The notes under the pieces: model-generated
What the model saw: only the letters and a program-made list of their open reading frames with translations
The model's database searches: none
Told to the model about the DNA's origin: nothing
In this document: in pieces, positions 50,573 to 63,595 of the stretch
Layout: each line of letters opens with the position of its first letter
Numbering within the stretch: the first letter of the stretch is position 1
Source: Squalus acanthias
Lineage: Eukaryota
Length of the DNA stretch: 64,000 bases
Direction of reading: 5' to 3'
NCBI GenBank assembly: GCA_030390025.1
Contig: CM059431.1
Location: 144,152,001-144,216,000, forward strand
Program-made: the position numbers and the translations under genes

Positions 50573-51979
50573 TCACAGAATCAGTGTCCAGGGAGATTTC
50601 ACAACATTCTTCAGCTCTTCTCTGAATTTCCTCTGGGTCGCTGCATAAATACACGGGTTTAGACAGGAGCTCAAATGCTTCAGCATTGCTCCGCTTTCAG
50701 TGGCGATATATCCAGGGTCTGTGCGGTCACCTCGGTAATAAGTCGTGTTTGTCAGTCTGGTAGTTACAAAACTCACGGCAGTTGTGAGCCACAACAATAT
50801 AAAACTGCCCGATAAAGTGAACAGTAAAATGATGGATTTCCTTCTGATCTCCATCTCTGGATCGCTCTGATTTTCACTCCTGTGGCCCCGGAGTCCCCTG
50901 CAGGCTCTACTTGCCACTAAAATACGGCTGACTGTCAAACTATTACATAAGACAATTAATGTAAAGGGAATACAAACGACCGAGGCAGAATAAAACCAGA
51001 CATACGCTACACCAGGAGGTGAGGAAAAAAAAGCCCCACTATTCCGGCAGCCCCACTGCACCTTGTTAATTATTTGTTCCGGTTCAAATGCAAACAATAC
51101 GGGGATGTCCTTTAAAAAAATTAGGATCGAGACGTTTGTTATAACCGCGGCCGCAGTTCTCTCGGTGCAATACTTTGTTCTAAACTTCTGGCAGCAGATA
51201 ACGACAAATCGGTCAAATGTGAAGGAGACGGTGAACCAAACAGACAAATCGATGGTGACAGCAGTCATGTATAGAATGAACTTACACACGGGAGTGTGGG
51301 ACAGGAATGAAAGTGGAAAGTGATAACTGAATATATAATACATCATTACATTGAAGATCATGACCAGTAGATCTGCTGTTGTCATGGCCACCATGTAGAC
51401 AGAGATACACTTGGAAAGTCCGCAGTTTCCTAAGGAGAGAATCACCATTGTCACCAAATTCGCTGTAAGAAACAGAGAGGAGAGAAATAAATTTCCAGTG
51501 TCTGTTTTGAAATATATATGGAGAAAACTGTTGAGAGCATTTTGCTCCATTCAGTGTGATTATCTACACGGAGCAGTGTGAGAACAGGATTAGTATTGGA
51601 GCCATTACCTGGGAAACCCACCCCCACATTTTAATTAGCTGCTGCAGCGCTCACTCTGCACGGGGGGACAAGACGGTCCGGAAATCCGCTAAAATCCTTG
51701 TGTTGGAGCTCCAAAGAACATTGTAACATCAGTGATATTATCGAATTAAGGGAAACTTGGAAAGTGCGGACACCCGGTTCATTAGTTGGTTCCAGTTACT
51801 ACGGACTGTGTAATGTTGACATCTAGAAATCACGTTACATTAGGCAACAGGCTGCATGAAGAGGAGACAGTTAACCCCGATTAACAACAAACAGGTTACA
51901 ATGGCTCACCGGGGACACCGACAGCTGCGAGGATCGGGTAGTAACTCTCCTTGATTAGCAATATAGTTTATTGACCCAT
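50573..51979 (-). pseudogene. GPR139/GPR142-like GPCR, mirror copy of 21204-22624, with nonsense mutations (exon 1 51979-51910, exon 2 51462-50573)
   Basis: Exon 1 reads ATG GGT CAA TAA (stop at codon 4, plus-strand 51968-51970; CAA in the left copy). A second AGA-to-TGA change at 50573-50575 removes the last 5 aa. Splice sites are intact and exon 2 is otherwise open. Confidence 0.85.
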
Positions 51980-52057
51980 TTTCTGTGAGAATGGATGAAT
52001 TCTGCAGGAGATGAAAGACTCTGACTGGCGCAGGGCTGAAGCAATGGAAGGGAACCT

Positions 52058-52136
52058 ATATTTATACTCACTTCAATCCTCGAATGTGTCAATCAGGTTA
52101 AATCATAATTAGCATTAGTTACTGTCATTTAACAAA
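52058..52136 (-). promoter_or_regulatory. Putative GPCR promoter: conserved motif plus TATA
   Basis: Minus strand TTTGTTAAATGACAGTAACTAATGCTAATTAT; core starts at 52122, TATAAAT at 52066 (56 nt). Confidence 0.68.
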
Positions 52137-52409
52137 TAGACTCAGGTAAGTTGTTTTTCTTGTCTGATACGTCAGATTAAGAGAAATAGGTGAAATTATT
52201 ATTGTAAAGTTAAAAAATTGAAACATTGTTTACAAGTGGAAAGTGAAATCTTCCAGTACTAGCTCTGACTCTATTCCTACAGGCGTGATGAAGGTAGCTC
52301 ACCTTGCAATATTCGTCCTAACCCTGCCCATGATTCACCTAGTGCACCAACTCCTTCAGAACAGGCGGTGAAACAAATCCTTCAATACTGGTGATGAGCA
52401 CAGTCAGGC

Positions 52410-53078
52410 CGCACTAGAGGTGGCCGTCTCCTCCGGTATAGTGGTAGCCTACACTTACACTAGAGGTAACCGTCTTCTCTGGTATAGTGGTACTCTACAT
52501 TTACGCTAAAGATGACCATGCTCCTGCTGTTGTTCTGGCACCCTACACTTACAGTAGAGTTCAATGTGGTCCAATGGTAATAGTGGTAGCACTACACTGA
52601 CACTAGTATTGACCGTGCTGCTCAAGTACTAATGCTAACCTTGCAATTACACTAGATGTGCGTGTGCTCGACCTGCACAAGTGGTGCCCGTACACTTACA
52701 CTAGGGATGACCGTTCTCCACCGGTACTAGAAGTATACCTGCATTTGAACTTGTGGTTACCGTGCCGCTCCGCTATTAGCGGTGCTTTGCAATTACACTA
52801 GAGGTGACCATGTTCCTCGTGCACTCATAGTATCTCTGAACTTACACTAGAGGTAACCTTGTCCCTTTGCTATTAGCGGTGCTCTGCAGTTGCACTAGTT
52901 GTGACCGTGCTCCTCTTGTACTAGTAGTACCCCTAAACCTACACTAGAGTTGAGCGTGTTCCTACAGTAATAGTCGTATCGCTGCAATAACACTAGCGTT
53001 GACCGTGCACCTCCAGTATCAGTTGCACCCCTAACATTATAATAGAGCTGATTGTGCTCTTCCAATGATAGCACACTA
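52410..53078. repeat. Degenerate 48-bp satellite (mirror of 20105-20772)
   Basis: Recurring TACACTTACACTAG and TGACCGTGCTC motifs. Confidence 0.85.
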
Positions 53079-54490
53079 GAACATAGGAACATAATAAATA
53101 GGACTGGGGTAGTCCATACCACCCTTCGAGCCTGCCCCGCCATTCAATAAGATCCTGGCTGATATTCGACCTCAACTTCACTTTGCCGCCCGGTCCCCAT
53201 ATCCCTTGATTCCCTTAGAGTCCATAACCGGTCTATCTCCGCCTTGAATATACTCGACGGCTGAGTATTCACTGCCCTCTGGGGTAGAGAATTGCAAAGA
53301 TTCAAAATCCTCTGAGTGAAGACATTTCTCCTCATGTCAGTCTTATATGGCCGACTCCTTATCCTGAGGCTATCCCCATATTTCTAGACTCTCCAGCCAG
53401 GGGAAACAGGCTCTCAGCATCTATCCTGTCAATCCCCCTAAGAATATTATATGTTTCAATGAGATCACCTCTCATTCTTCTAAACTATAGAGAGTATAGG
53501 ACCAATCAACTCAATCTCTCCTCATAGGACAACTGCCTCATCCCAGGAATCAATCTAGTGAACCTTTGTTGCACCTCCTCTAATGCCAGTATATCCTTTC
53601 TTAGAAATGGAGACCAAAACTGTACACAGTGCACAAGGTGCGGTCTCCCACCAAAGGCCTGGACAATTACAGCAGGATTTCCTTACTCTTGTACTCCAAC
53701 CCCCTTGGAATAAAGACCAACATGCCATTTGCCTTCTTAATTGCTTGTTCTGCCTGCATGGTAACTCTTTCTGTTTCCTGTACGAGGACACTTAAATCTC
53801 TCTGAACAGCAACATTTAATTTTTTCTCACCATTTCAAAATATTAATATTTTCTGTTCTTCTTACCAAATTGAATTTCCTTCCATTTCCCCAAATAATAC
53901 TCCAGCTGCCATGTTCTTGCCCACTCTCTATACCTGGCTATATCACTTTGCATACTCTGTGTGTCCTCATCACATCTTACTTTCCAACCTAGTTCGGTAC
54001 CGCCACAAACTTGGATACATTACATCCATCTAAGCGATTAATATAGATTCCAAATAGCTGAGTCCCCAGAATGATCTAGCTGAAAATGTCCCGTTTACTC
54101 CTGCTGTCTGTTTTCTTTCCTTTATTAATCCTCAGCTCAGGCTAATATATTACACCCAACCCCATGATCCCTTATGTAGCGTAACAACCTTTCTAATGGC
54201 ACCTATTCGAATGCCTTTTGAAAATCGAAATATACTTCATCCACTGGTTCCCCTTTATCAATCCTGTTAGTTATATCCTCAAATAACTAATACATTTGTA
54301 AATCACGATTTCCCTTTCATAAAAGCATGTTGATTCTGCCTAATCATTTTATAATTTTCTAAGTGCTCTGTTACCACTTCCTTAATAATGATTTCCAGCA
54401 TTTTCCCCACGATGTATGTCAGGCTAACTGACCAGTCGTTCCCTGATTTTTCTTTCCATACTTTCTTGCATAGCGGTGGTACATTTGCTA
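53079..54490 (-). mobile_element. CR1 fragment (mirror of 18680-20104)
   Basis: GAACATAGGAACATA tail at ~53079; reverse-complement match to the left copy. Confidence 0.9.
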
Positions 54491-54509
54491 CCTCTTGTTA
54501 CATCCTAGT

Positions 54510-55260
54510 TTAAGTGTGGTGTTACCCCTACACTTATACTGGATGTGACCGTGCTCCTCCACTAAGAGTGGTAAGTTATACTAGATGTCAGCGTGCTCCT
54601 CCTGCACTACTTGCAACTCTGCACTTAAATAGATGTGACCGTGCTCCACTGGCACTAGTGGTAATCCTAGACTTAAAGTAGATGTATCCCTCGTTATTAG
54701 TGTACCCTACACTTGCACCAGTGTTTACCGTGCTCCTCAGGAACTCGTGGAACCTTACACTTACACTAGTTGACCGTGCTCCTCAGGTACTCGTGGAACC
54801 CTACACTTACATTACAGTTGACCGTGCTCCTCAGGTACTAGTGGAAACCTACACTTACACTACAGTTGACCGTGCTCCTCAGGTACTAGTGGAACCCTAC
54901 ACTTACACTACAGTTGACCGTGCTCCTCAGGTACTCGTGGAACCCTACACTTACACTACAGTTGACCGGGCTCCTCAGGTACTAGTGGAACGCGACACTT
55001 ACACGAGAGCTGATCGTGCTGCTATGGTACTAGTGGTACACTACACTTATGCAAGAGATGACCAGACACGTCTGGTGCTGGAGGTGCGATCAACTTCCAC
55101 TCGATATTCGCGTGCTCCTATAGTCATAGTGGTGTCACTACACTGACATTAATGTTAACCGTGCACCTCCCCTAAAAGTCGTAAGCCTAAAATTATAAAA
55201 GAGCCGATCGTGCACCTCCGGTACTAGTGGTACCCCTACACTAACACTGGATGAGACAGT
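54510..55260. repeat. 48-bp minisatellite with only about 6 homogeneous copies (~54715-54990)
   Basis: TTGACCGTGCTCCTCAGGTACTAGTGGAACCCTACACTTACACTACAG units. Confidence 0.93.
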
Positions 55261-55269
55261 GCTTCTCCG

Positions 55270-58200
55270 TTTTTTTTATATTAGTTCATGGGCAAGGCCA
55301 GCATTTATTGCCCATCTGTAGTTGCCGTTGAGAAGGTGGTGGTTGAGCCGCCTTCTTGAACCGCTGCAGTCAGTGTGGTGAAGGTAATCCCACAGAGCTA
55401 TTAGGGAGTGAGTTCCAGGAGTTTGAGCCAGCGACGATAAAGCAATGGTGATATACTTCCAAGTGAGGATAGTGTGTGACTTGGGAGCGGAACTTGGATG
55501 TGGTTGTGTTCCCATGCGCCTGCTGCCCTTGTCCTTCTAGGTGGTAGAGGTCGCGGGTTTGTGAGGTGCTGCCGAAAAAGCCTTGGCTACAGTGCATCTT
55601 CTAGAAGGTGCACACTGCAGTCAGGGCACACATGTTGGTGGACGGGGTGAATGTTTAAGGTGGTGGATGTGGTGCCAATCAAGCGGGCTGCATTTTCTTG
55701 GATGGTGTCGAGCTTCTTGAATATTGTTAGTGCTGCACTCATCCAGACGACTGCAGAATATACAATCACACTCCTGACTTGCGCCTTGCAGATGGAGAAA
55801 AGGCTTTGAGGAGTCAGGAGGTGAGACACTCGCCGCAGAATAGCCAGCCTCTGACCTGCTCTTGTTGCCATAGTATTAATGTGGCTGGTCCAGTTGAGTT
55901 TCTGGTCAATGGAGATCCCCAGTATATTAATGGTGGAGCATTCGGCGATGGTAATGCCGTTGAATGTCAGGGGGCGTTGGTCAGAAGCTCACTTGTTGGA
56001 GATATTAATTGCCAGTCACTTGTGTGGCGCGAATGTTACCTGCCACTTATCAGCCCAAGCCTGAACGTTGACCAGGTCTTACTGCATGTGGGCATGAACT
56101 GTTTCATTATCTGAGGAGTTGCGAATGGCATTGAAGCCAATGCAGTCATCAGCGAACTTCCCCACTTCTGACCTTATAATGGAGGGATGGTCATTGATGA
56201 AGCAGTTGAAGATGGTTCGGCCTTGGACGCTGCCCTGAGGAACTCCTGCTGCGATGTCCTGGGCCTGTGATGTTTGACATCCAACAACGCCGCCATCTTC
56301 TTTTGTGCTAGGTATGACTCCAGCCATTTAAGATTTCGCCCCCTCACCCGATTCCCATTTTTACTAGGGCTCCTTGATACCACACTCGTTCAAATGCTGC
56401 CTTGATGTCAAGGGCAGTCACTCTCACCTCATATCTGGAAGTCAGCTCCTTTGTCAATGTTTGGAACAAGGCTGTATTTTGGTCGGGAGGCGAGTGTTTT
56501 TTGCGGAACCCAATCTGGGCATCAGTGAGCAGGTTATTGGTGAGTAAGTGTTGCTTGATAGCACTGTCGATGCTACCATTCATCACTTTGCTGATGATTG
56601 AGAGTAGACTGATGAGGCGGTAATTGGCCGAGTTGGATCTGTCCTGCTTTTTGTGAACAACCATACCTGGGTAGTTTTCCACATTGTTGGATAGATGCTA
56701 GTGTTGTAGCTGTACTGGAACAGCTTGGCTAGACCCGCAGCTAATTTTGGAGCACAAGCCTTCAGCATGATAGCCAGGATGTTTTCGGGGCCCATAGCCT
56801 TTGCTGTATCCAGTGCGCTCAGACGTTTCTTGATATCACGTGGAATGAATCGACTTGGCTGAAGACTGGCTTCTGTGATGGTGGGGACCTCGGGAGTAGG
56901 CCGATATGGATCATCCACTCGGCACTTCTGGCTGAAGTTGATTGCAAACGCCTAATCCTTGTCTTTTGCACTCAGGTGCTGGGATCCACCATCATTGAGG
57001 ATGGGGATATTCTTGGAGCCTCCTCCTCCCGTTAGTTGTTTAATGGTCCACCACCATTCACGACTGGATGTTGCAGGACTGCAGAGCTTTGATCTGATCC
57101 ATTGATTGTGGGATCGCTGAGCCCTGTCTTATAGCATTCTTCTTCCGCTTTTTAGCATGCATGTAGTCCTGTGTTGCAGCTTCTCCAGGTTGGCACCTCA
57201 TTTTTAGTTACGCCTGGTGCTGCTCCTGGCATGCTCTTCTACACTCCTTATTGAACCAGGGTTTGGTCCCCAGGCTTGGTGGTAATGGTAGAGTGAGTGA
57301 TATGCCGGGCCATGAGGTTACAGATTGTGGTGGAATACAATTCTGCTGCTGCTGATGGCCCACAGCGCCTCATGGATGCCCAGATTTGAGCTGCTAGATC
57401 TGTTCTGAATCCAACCCATTTAGCACGATGGTAGTGCCACACAACACGATGGAGTGTATTCTCAGTGTAAAGGTGGGACTTCGTCTCCACAATGGATGTG
57501 CGGTGGTCACAGCTGCCAATGCTGTCATGGACAGATGCATCTTCGACAAGTAGATTGGTGAGAACGTGGTCAAGTAGGTTTTTCCCTCGTGTTGGTTCAC
57601 TCACCACCTGTCGCAGGCCCATACTGGCAGTTATGTCCTTCAAGACTCGGCCAGCTGGGTCAGTAGTGGTGCTACCGAGCCGCTCTTGGTGATGGACATT
57701 GAAGTCCCCCAGCCAGAGTGCATTCTGTGCCCTTGCTACTCTCAGTGCTTCTTCCAAGTGGTGTTCAACATGGAGGAGCACTGATTCATCAGCTGAGGGA
57801 GGGCGTAGGTGGCAATCAGCAGGAGGTTTCCTAGCCCATGCTTGACTTGGAGCCATGAGACTTCATTGGGTCCAGGGTCAATGTTAAGAACTCCCAGGGC
57901 GACTCCTTCCCGACTGTATACCATTGTGCCGCCACCACTGGTGGGTCTGTCCTGCCGGTGGGACAGGACATACCCCGGGATGGTGATGGAGGAGTTTGGG
58001 ACATTGGCGGAAATGTATGATTCTGTGAGTATGAGTATGTCAGGCTATTGCTTGACTAGTCTGTGGGACAGCTCTCCCAAAATTGGAACAAGTCCCCATA
58101 TGTTGGTGAGGAGGACTTTGTAGTGTTGACTGGGCTGGGTGTGGCGTTTCTGTGTCCGTAGCCGCTGCCGAGGTTCATGCCGGGTGGTCCGTCCGGTTTC

Positions 58201-58558
58201 ATTCTTATTATTTTGCTTCGTGACGGCTTGTTACAACTGAGGGACTTGCTCGGCCATTTCAGCGGGCAGTTAAGAGTCAAAAACATTACTGTGGTCTGGA
58301 TTCACATATAGGCCAGACCAGGTAAGGATGGCAGATTTCCTTCCCTAAAGGACATTAGTGAACCAGATGGGTTTTTACGACAATCCGATAGTTTCATGGT
58401 TACCATTAATGATACTAGCTTTTTATTCCAGATTTAATTAATTAACTGAATTTAAGTTCCCCAGCTGCCGTGGTGGGATTTGAACTCACGTCTCTGGATC
58501 ATTAGTCCAGGCATGTGGATTACTAGCCAAGTGACATTATCAATACTGTACCGTGCCC
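55270..58558 (-). mobile_element. SINE-headed APE+RT LINE (mirror of 13326-16612)
   Basis: Minus-strand ORFs with LGDFNVHH, NLLDHVLTN, GSCDH, ALDIKAAFERVW and GVPQGS..FINDHP..KFADD. B-box-like GTTCAAATCC at ~58475-58484 on the minus strand. Confidence 0.88.
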
Positions 58559-58560
58559 GT

Positions 58561-61500
58561 TCTACTCTAATATTACTGGTGTCGACCATACTCTAACATT
58601 AATGGTGGCGAACTTACTCAAACATTTTTCTGGTGAACCTACTCTAACATTACTTGTGGTGAGCCTACTCTAACAGTACTAGTTGTGACCCTATTCTAAC
58701 ATTACTGGTTGCGACCTGACTCAAACAATACCGGTGGTGACCCTACACTAACATTACTGGTGATGAGTCTATTCTAACATTACTAATGGTGATACTACAT
58801 TAACATTACTGGTGGTGACTCTACTCTAACATTACTGGTGGTGACTCTACACTAACATTACTGGTTGTGACCCTATTCTAACATTACTGGTGGTGACCCG
58901 TTTCTAACGTTACTGATAGTAATGCTACTCTAACATTACTAGTGGTGACCCTACCCTATTATTACTGGTGGTGAACCTAATCTAACATTACTGGTTTTGA
59001 CCCGACTGCAACATTACAGGTGGTGACCATTCTCTAACATTAATGGTGATGAACCTAATCTAACAGTACTAGTTGTGACCCTATTCTAACATTACTGGTG
59101 GCGACCTTACTCAAATATTACTGGTGGTGACCCTACTCTAACATTACTGGTGGTGATTCTATTCTAACATTAATTGTGCAGAGCCTACTGTTATATTGCT
59201 GGTGGTGACCCCTCACTGACAATACTGGTGGTGTCCCTGCTCAAACATTACTCGTCGTAAACCTACTGTAACATTACTAGTGGTGACCCTACCTTATTAT
59301 TACTGGTGGTGAATCTAATCTAACTTTCCTGGGTTTGACCCGACTGTAACATTACAGGTGGCGACCATTCTCTAACATTACTGATGGTGACCCTACTCTA
59401 ACATAACTTGTAGTGACCCTACTCTAACATTACTGGCGGTGATCCTACTCTATTTGGAGTGGTGTTCAAACTAATCTAACTTTACTGGTGTTGATCTGAC
59501 TTTAACATTAGAGGCGGTGAACATACTCTAACATTAGAGGTGGTGAACATACTCTAACATTAGAGGTGGTGAACATACTCTAACATTAGAGGTGGTGACC
59601 CTACTCTAACGTTACTGGTGCTGACTCTACAGTAATATTACTTTTGGTGGCTCTACTCTATCATTACTGGTGGTATCTCTATTCTAACATTACTTGTGTT
59701 GTCGAGACACTAACATTACTGGTTGTGACCCTACACTTACACTGGTGGTGAATCTGCCCTAAATTTTCTCGTGATGATTCTGTTCTAACATTACTAGTTT
59801 TGAATCTACTCTAATATTACTGCTTGTGAATTCTATTCAACATTATTCTTGATGACCTTATTCTATCATTAGAGTAGTGTCACCACCAGCAATGTGAAAG
59901 TAGGGTCAAAACCAGCAATTTTAGAGTAGGGCAACAACCAGTAATGTTAGAATAGAGTCACGACCATTTATATTAGAGTAGACTCACCAACAATAATGTT
60001 AGAGTAGGATCACCATCACTAAAATGAGTGCATAGTCACCACCAGTAACGTTAGAGTAGAGTCACCAGCAGTTATGTTAGAGAAGAATCATCACGATTAA
60101 TGCTTGAGTAGGTTCATCATCAGTAATGTTAGAATAGGTTCATCACCAGTAATGTTGGAGTCGAGTCACCACCAATAATGTTAGAGCAAGATCAGCACCA
60201 GTAATGTTAAATTAGTGTCAGCACCAGTAATGTTCCATTAAAGTCATCATCAGTTAGGTTAGATTTGATTCACCACCAGTAATATTAGTGAAGAGACACC
60301 AACATTAACGTTAATATAAAATAAACACCAGTAATGTTATAGTCGGCACACCCCAAGTAATGTCATAGTAGGGCCACCACCAGCAATTCTAGAGTATTGT
60401 CACCACCAGTAATGTTAGAGTAAGGTCACATCCAGTAATGCGAGGGTAGAGTCATACCCAGTAATGTTAGAGTATAGTCACCAGCAGTAATGTAAAAGTA
60501 GGCACACCCCTAGTAATGTCATAGTAGAGCCACCACCCGCAATTCTAGAGTATTGTCAACACCAGTAATGTTAGAGTAAAGTCAAAAGCAGTAATTCTAC
60601 GGTAGAGTCATACCCAGTCATGTTAGAGTATAGTCACCAGCAGTAATGTTAGAGTAGCGCCACCACCTTTAATGATAAAGTAGAATCACCAACAGTAACG
60701 TTAGAGCAGCGTCACCAACAGTAATGTTAGAGTAGGGACACCACCAGTAATGTTAGAATAGAGTCACCACCAGTAATGTTAACGTATCGTAACCACCAGT
60801 TATAATAGAGTTGAATCAGCACCAGTAATGTTGCAGTTTGGTCACAATCAGCAATGTCAGAGTAGCATGCCCACATTTAAAGTTAAATCCGAGTCATCAG
60901 CATTAATGTCCGTGTGTGGTTTCCAGCAATAATGTTAGAGTAGAGTCACCACCAGTAATGTTAGATTAGGGTCACCACCAGTAATGTTAGTTTTGGGTCA
61001 CCACCAGTAATGTTAGAGTAGAGTCACCACCAATCATGTTAAAGTAGAGACACCACCAGTCATGTTAGAGTAGGGGCACCACTAGTAATGTTATAGTAGG
61101 GTCACCGCCAGTAATGTTAGAATAAATTCACCAACAGTATTGTTAGAGTAGAGTCAACAAAAGTAATGTTGCATTAATGTCATCCTCATTTTAGTTAGAA
61201 GAGGTTCAACAACAGTAATGTTAGAGTAGGGTCAGCACCAATAACGAGTTAGTTGGGTCACTACCAGTAATGCTTGTGTAGAGTCACCACCAGTAACGTT
61301 AGTGTAGAGTCACCACCAGTAATGTTAGAATAGGGTCACCTCCAGTAATCTTAAAGTAGTGTCACCACCAGTAATGTTAGAATATGGTCACCTCCAGTAA
61401 TCTTAAAGTAGTGTCACCACCAGTAATGTTAGAATAGGGTCACCATCAGTAATCTTAAAGTAGTGTCACCACCAGTAATGTTAGAATAGGGTCACTTCCA

Positions 61501-61615
61501 GTAATCTTAGAGTAGTGTCATCACCAGTAATGTTAGAGTAGGGTCACCACCAGTAATGTTAGTGTAGGGTCACCACCAGTTTTGTTAGAGTACAGTCAAC
61601 ACCAGTAATGATAGA
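58561..61615. repeat. 26-bp satellite, orientation flips at ~59868 (mirror of 10655-13322)
   Basis: Same unit and the same flip junction (TTCTATCA|TTAGAGTAG). Confidence 0.95.
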
Positions 61616-61705
61616 GTTGTGTACTGTTAGTGTAGAATCTATGGACCGAGGTACATCATTACACCATTGGTGTTTCAGGACACTGAAGCGCAAAATCTTG
61701 CCTTT

Positions 61706-61782
61706 TTTGTTAAGTGTCTGTAACTAACGCCAGTTATTGTGTAAGCGGATTTTCTCACCGGGGCACCGCGTGGTCTATAAAT
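61706..61782 (+). promoter_or_regulatory. Putative GPCR promoter: conserved motif plus TATA
   Basis: TTTGTTAAGTGTCTGTAACTAACGCCAGTTAT; GTAACTAA at 61720, TATAAAT at 61776 (56 nt). Confidence 0.65.
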
Positions 61783-62071
61783 GGGTAACATTTATGGATC
61801 TCAGATGCACTTGGGATGGAACCTTAAAGCAGTACAGGATCCACACCTTCTTCTATAATAAATAGAGTGACAGCGCGCTACATCACCTGTATAAATTATA
61901 CAATTGTTTTGTGCTAAATTTGTCCGTTGGTGTCTTCTGTTTGTTCAAATATAAAGACGAACAAAAGTCGTTGTATGAATATTAAACATTTGGAATAACA
62001 CCCAGCAGAGTCTCAATTCGGCTGAATCCTGTAACGTCGGCCCGTAAGAAAACATCTCACACTAAAATACA

Positions 62072-62126
62072 ATGACAGATTACCTGGAAATTCTCCACCT
62101 AATTATTACAGCCATCGGTGTCCCAG
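62072..62126 (+). CDS. Exon 1 of a GPR139/GPR142-like GPCR locus; exon 2 not in the window, functional status unknown
   Basis: MTDYLEILHLIITAIGVP followed by phase-1 donor CCAG|GTAAGT; mirror of 10194-10140. Confidence 0.7.
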
Positions 62127-62924
62127 GTAAGTCTTTATCACCAGTTATTGCTTTGTATGGAGCGATGTTAGACTGTATTATCGCTATTGGTGCCTGCCGG
62201 ATGATGAGGAGTTTCTCCGTGTTTGTTATAAAGTTGTCTCTTCACTTTCCTTTGGGTGTTCACTGCCCACCAGTTACAGTCTTCTCTGTCCCTGGTAAGC
62301 TGGGACTTGAATTTGAGCAGCGCCTTATCGCGAATTGATTCGCTCCGCAAACAACCAATGACTTTTATTGTCTGACAAGTAACACGTTCACTGGTGACCG
62401 GATTTATCATCACTACTGAGCCTCAAGCAGTCTCCAGAATAGATCCGGAACTGGTGTTAGATCACCAATGTGTGCTTGTGTATTACCCTGAAAATTCAGA
62501 GTGTTATTATTATTCTCATATGCTATAGTAAGAATAGTTCTTATTTAAAGGCACGGTCATGTTCCCCATTCAGTTTAATTAAATGTTCGAAGCATTCTCA
62601 CTTGCGCTGTATATCTCCAAAATGCACTGTCAATATCTGAGTCAGCTCCAACAGTCCGTGTGTCATAAGACTGCGCGCCACAATCAGAACTGCTTCCTTC
62701 CAAATGATCCTGATGGTTACAATGTGTATGCAGAATATAAAGTATAAACAAATGATTTAGTTCAGAATCATGACACATTTTAACACATCATCTACTGTAG
62801 CTGCAGCTGTAGAATCCCGTTCCCCTATCCTGCTTCCACTTTCTACAATTCAGACCGACATTGGGTAGGCGGTGAAGATGTTTACTGTGGTGGGGGGGTT
62901 AATTTCTCCCGAAATCTTTCTTCT

Positions 62925-63402
62925 AGCATCAAGTCCCGTTCGCCCATCACGCCGGTGCTCGCTAACATATATTGGCACCCGGTTAAGCAGCGCCTCGATT
63001 TCAAAATTATCATCCTTGTTTTCAAATACCTCCACCGCCTCGCCCCTCCCTTTCTCTGTAATCTCCTTCAGCCCCATAACCCCCTGAGTTATCTGCGCTC
63101 CTTTAATTCTGCCCTCTTGAGCATCCCTGATTATAAGACTCAATCATTGGTGGCCGTACGTTCTGTTGCCTAGGCCATAAGCTCTGGAATTCCCTGCCTA
63201 AACCTCTCCACCTCGCTACCTCTCTTTCCTCCTTTAAGACGCTCCTTAAAACCTACCTCTTTGACCAAGCTTTTGGGCGCCTGTCCAAATTTAACCTTTA
63301 GTGACTCGCTGTCAAATTGTTTGTCTTAAAATACTCCTGAGCAGCGCCTTGGGACATTTTACTACGTTTAAGACGTTATATAAATACAAGTTGTTGTTGT
63401 TG
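62925..63402 (+). mobile_element. L2 3' fragment (mirror of 8866-9340)
   Basis: WHPVKQRLDFKIIILVFKYLH; (GTT)n tail at ~63390-63402. Confidence 0.88.
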
Positions 63403-63595
63403 TTTATTGTTACTTCCAACTTTTAATATTTTCTGATCCAGTTCAATCCGATGTGTCGGTATTTATTCCCATCTGCTCCTTTAACCTTTACACGGTCGTA
63501 GTTTCATGTATCTTCTATCCTCTACAGAGCCCCAGACCACATTCGATCATCTGCAAGTCTTTTCAATATTAACATACTTTTCTATATTTTCCACA

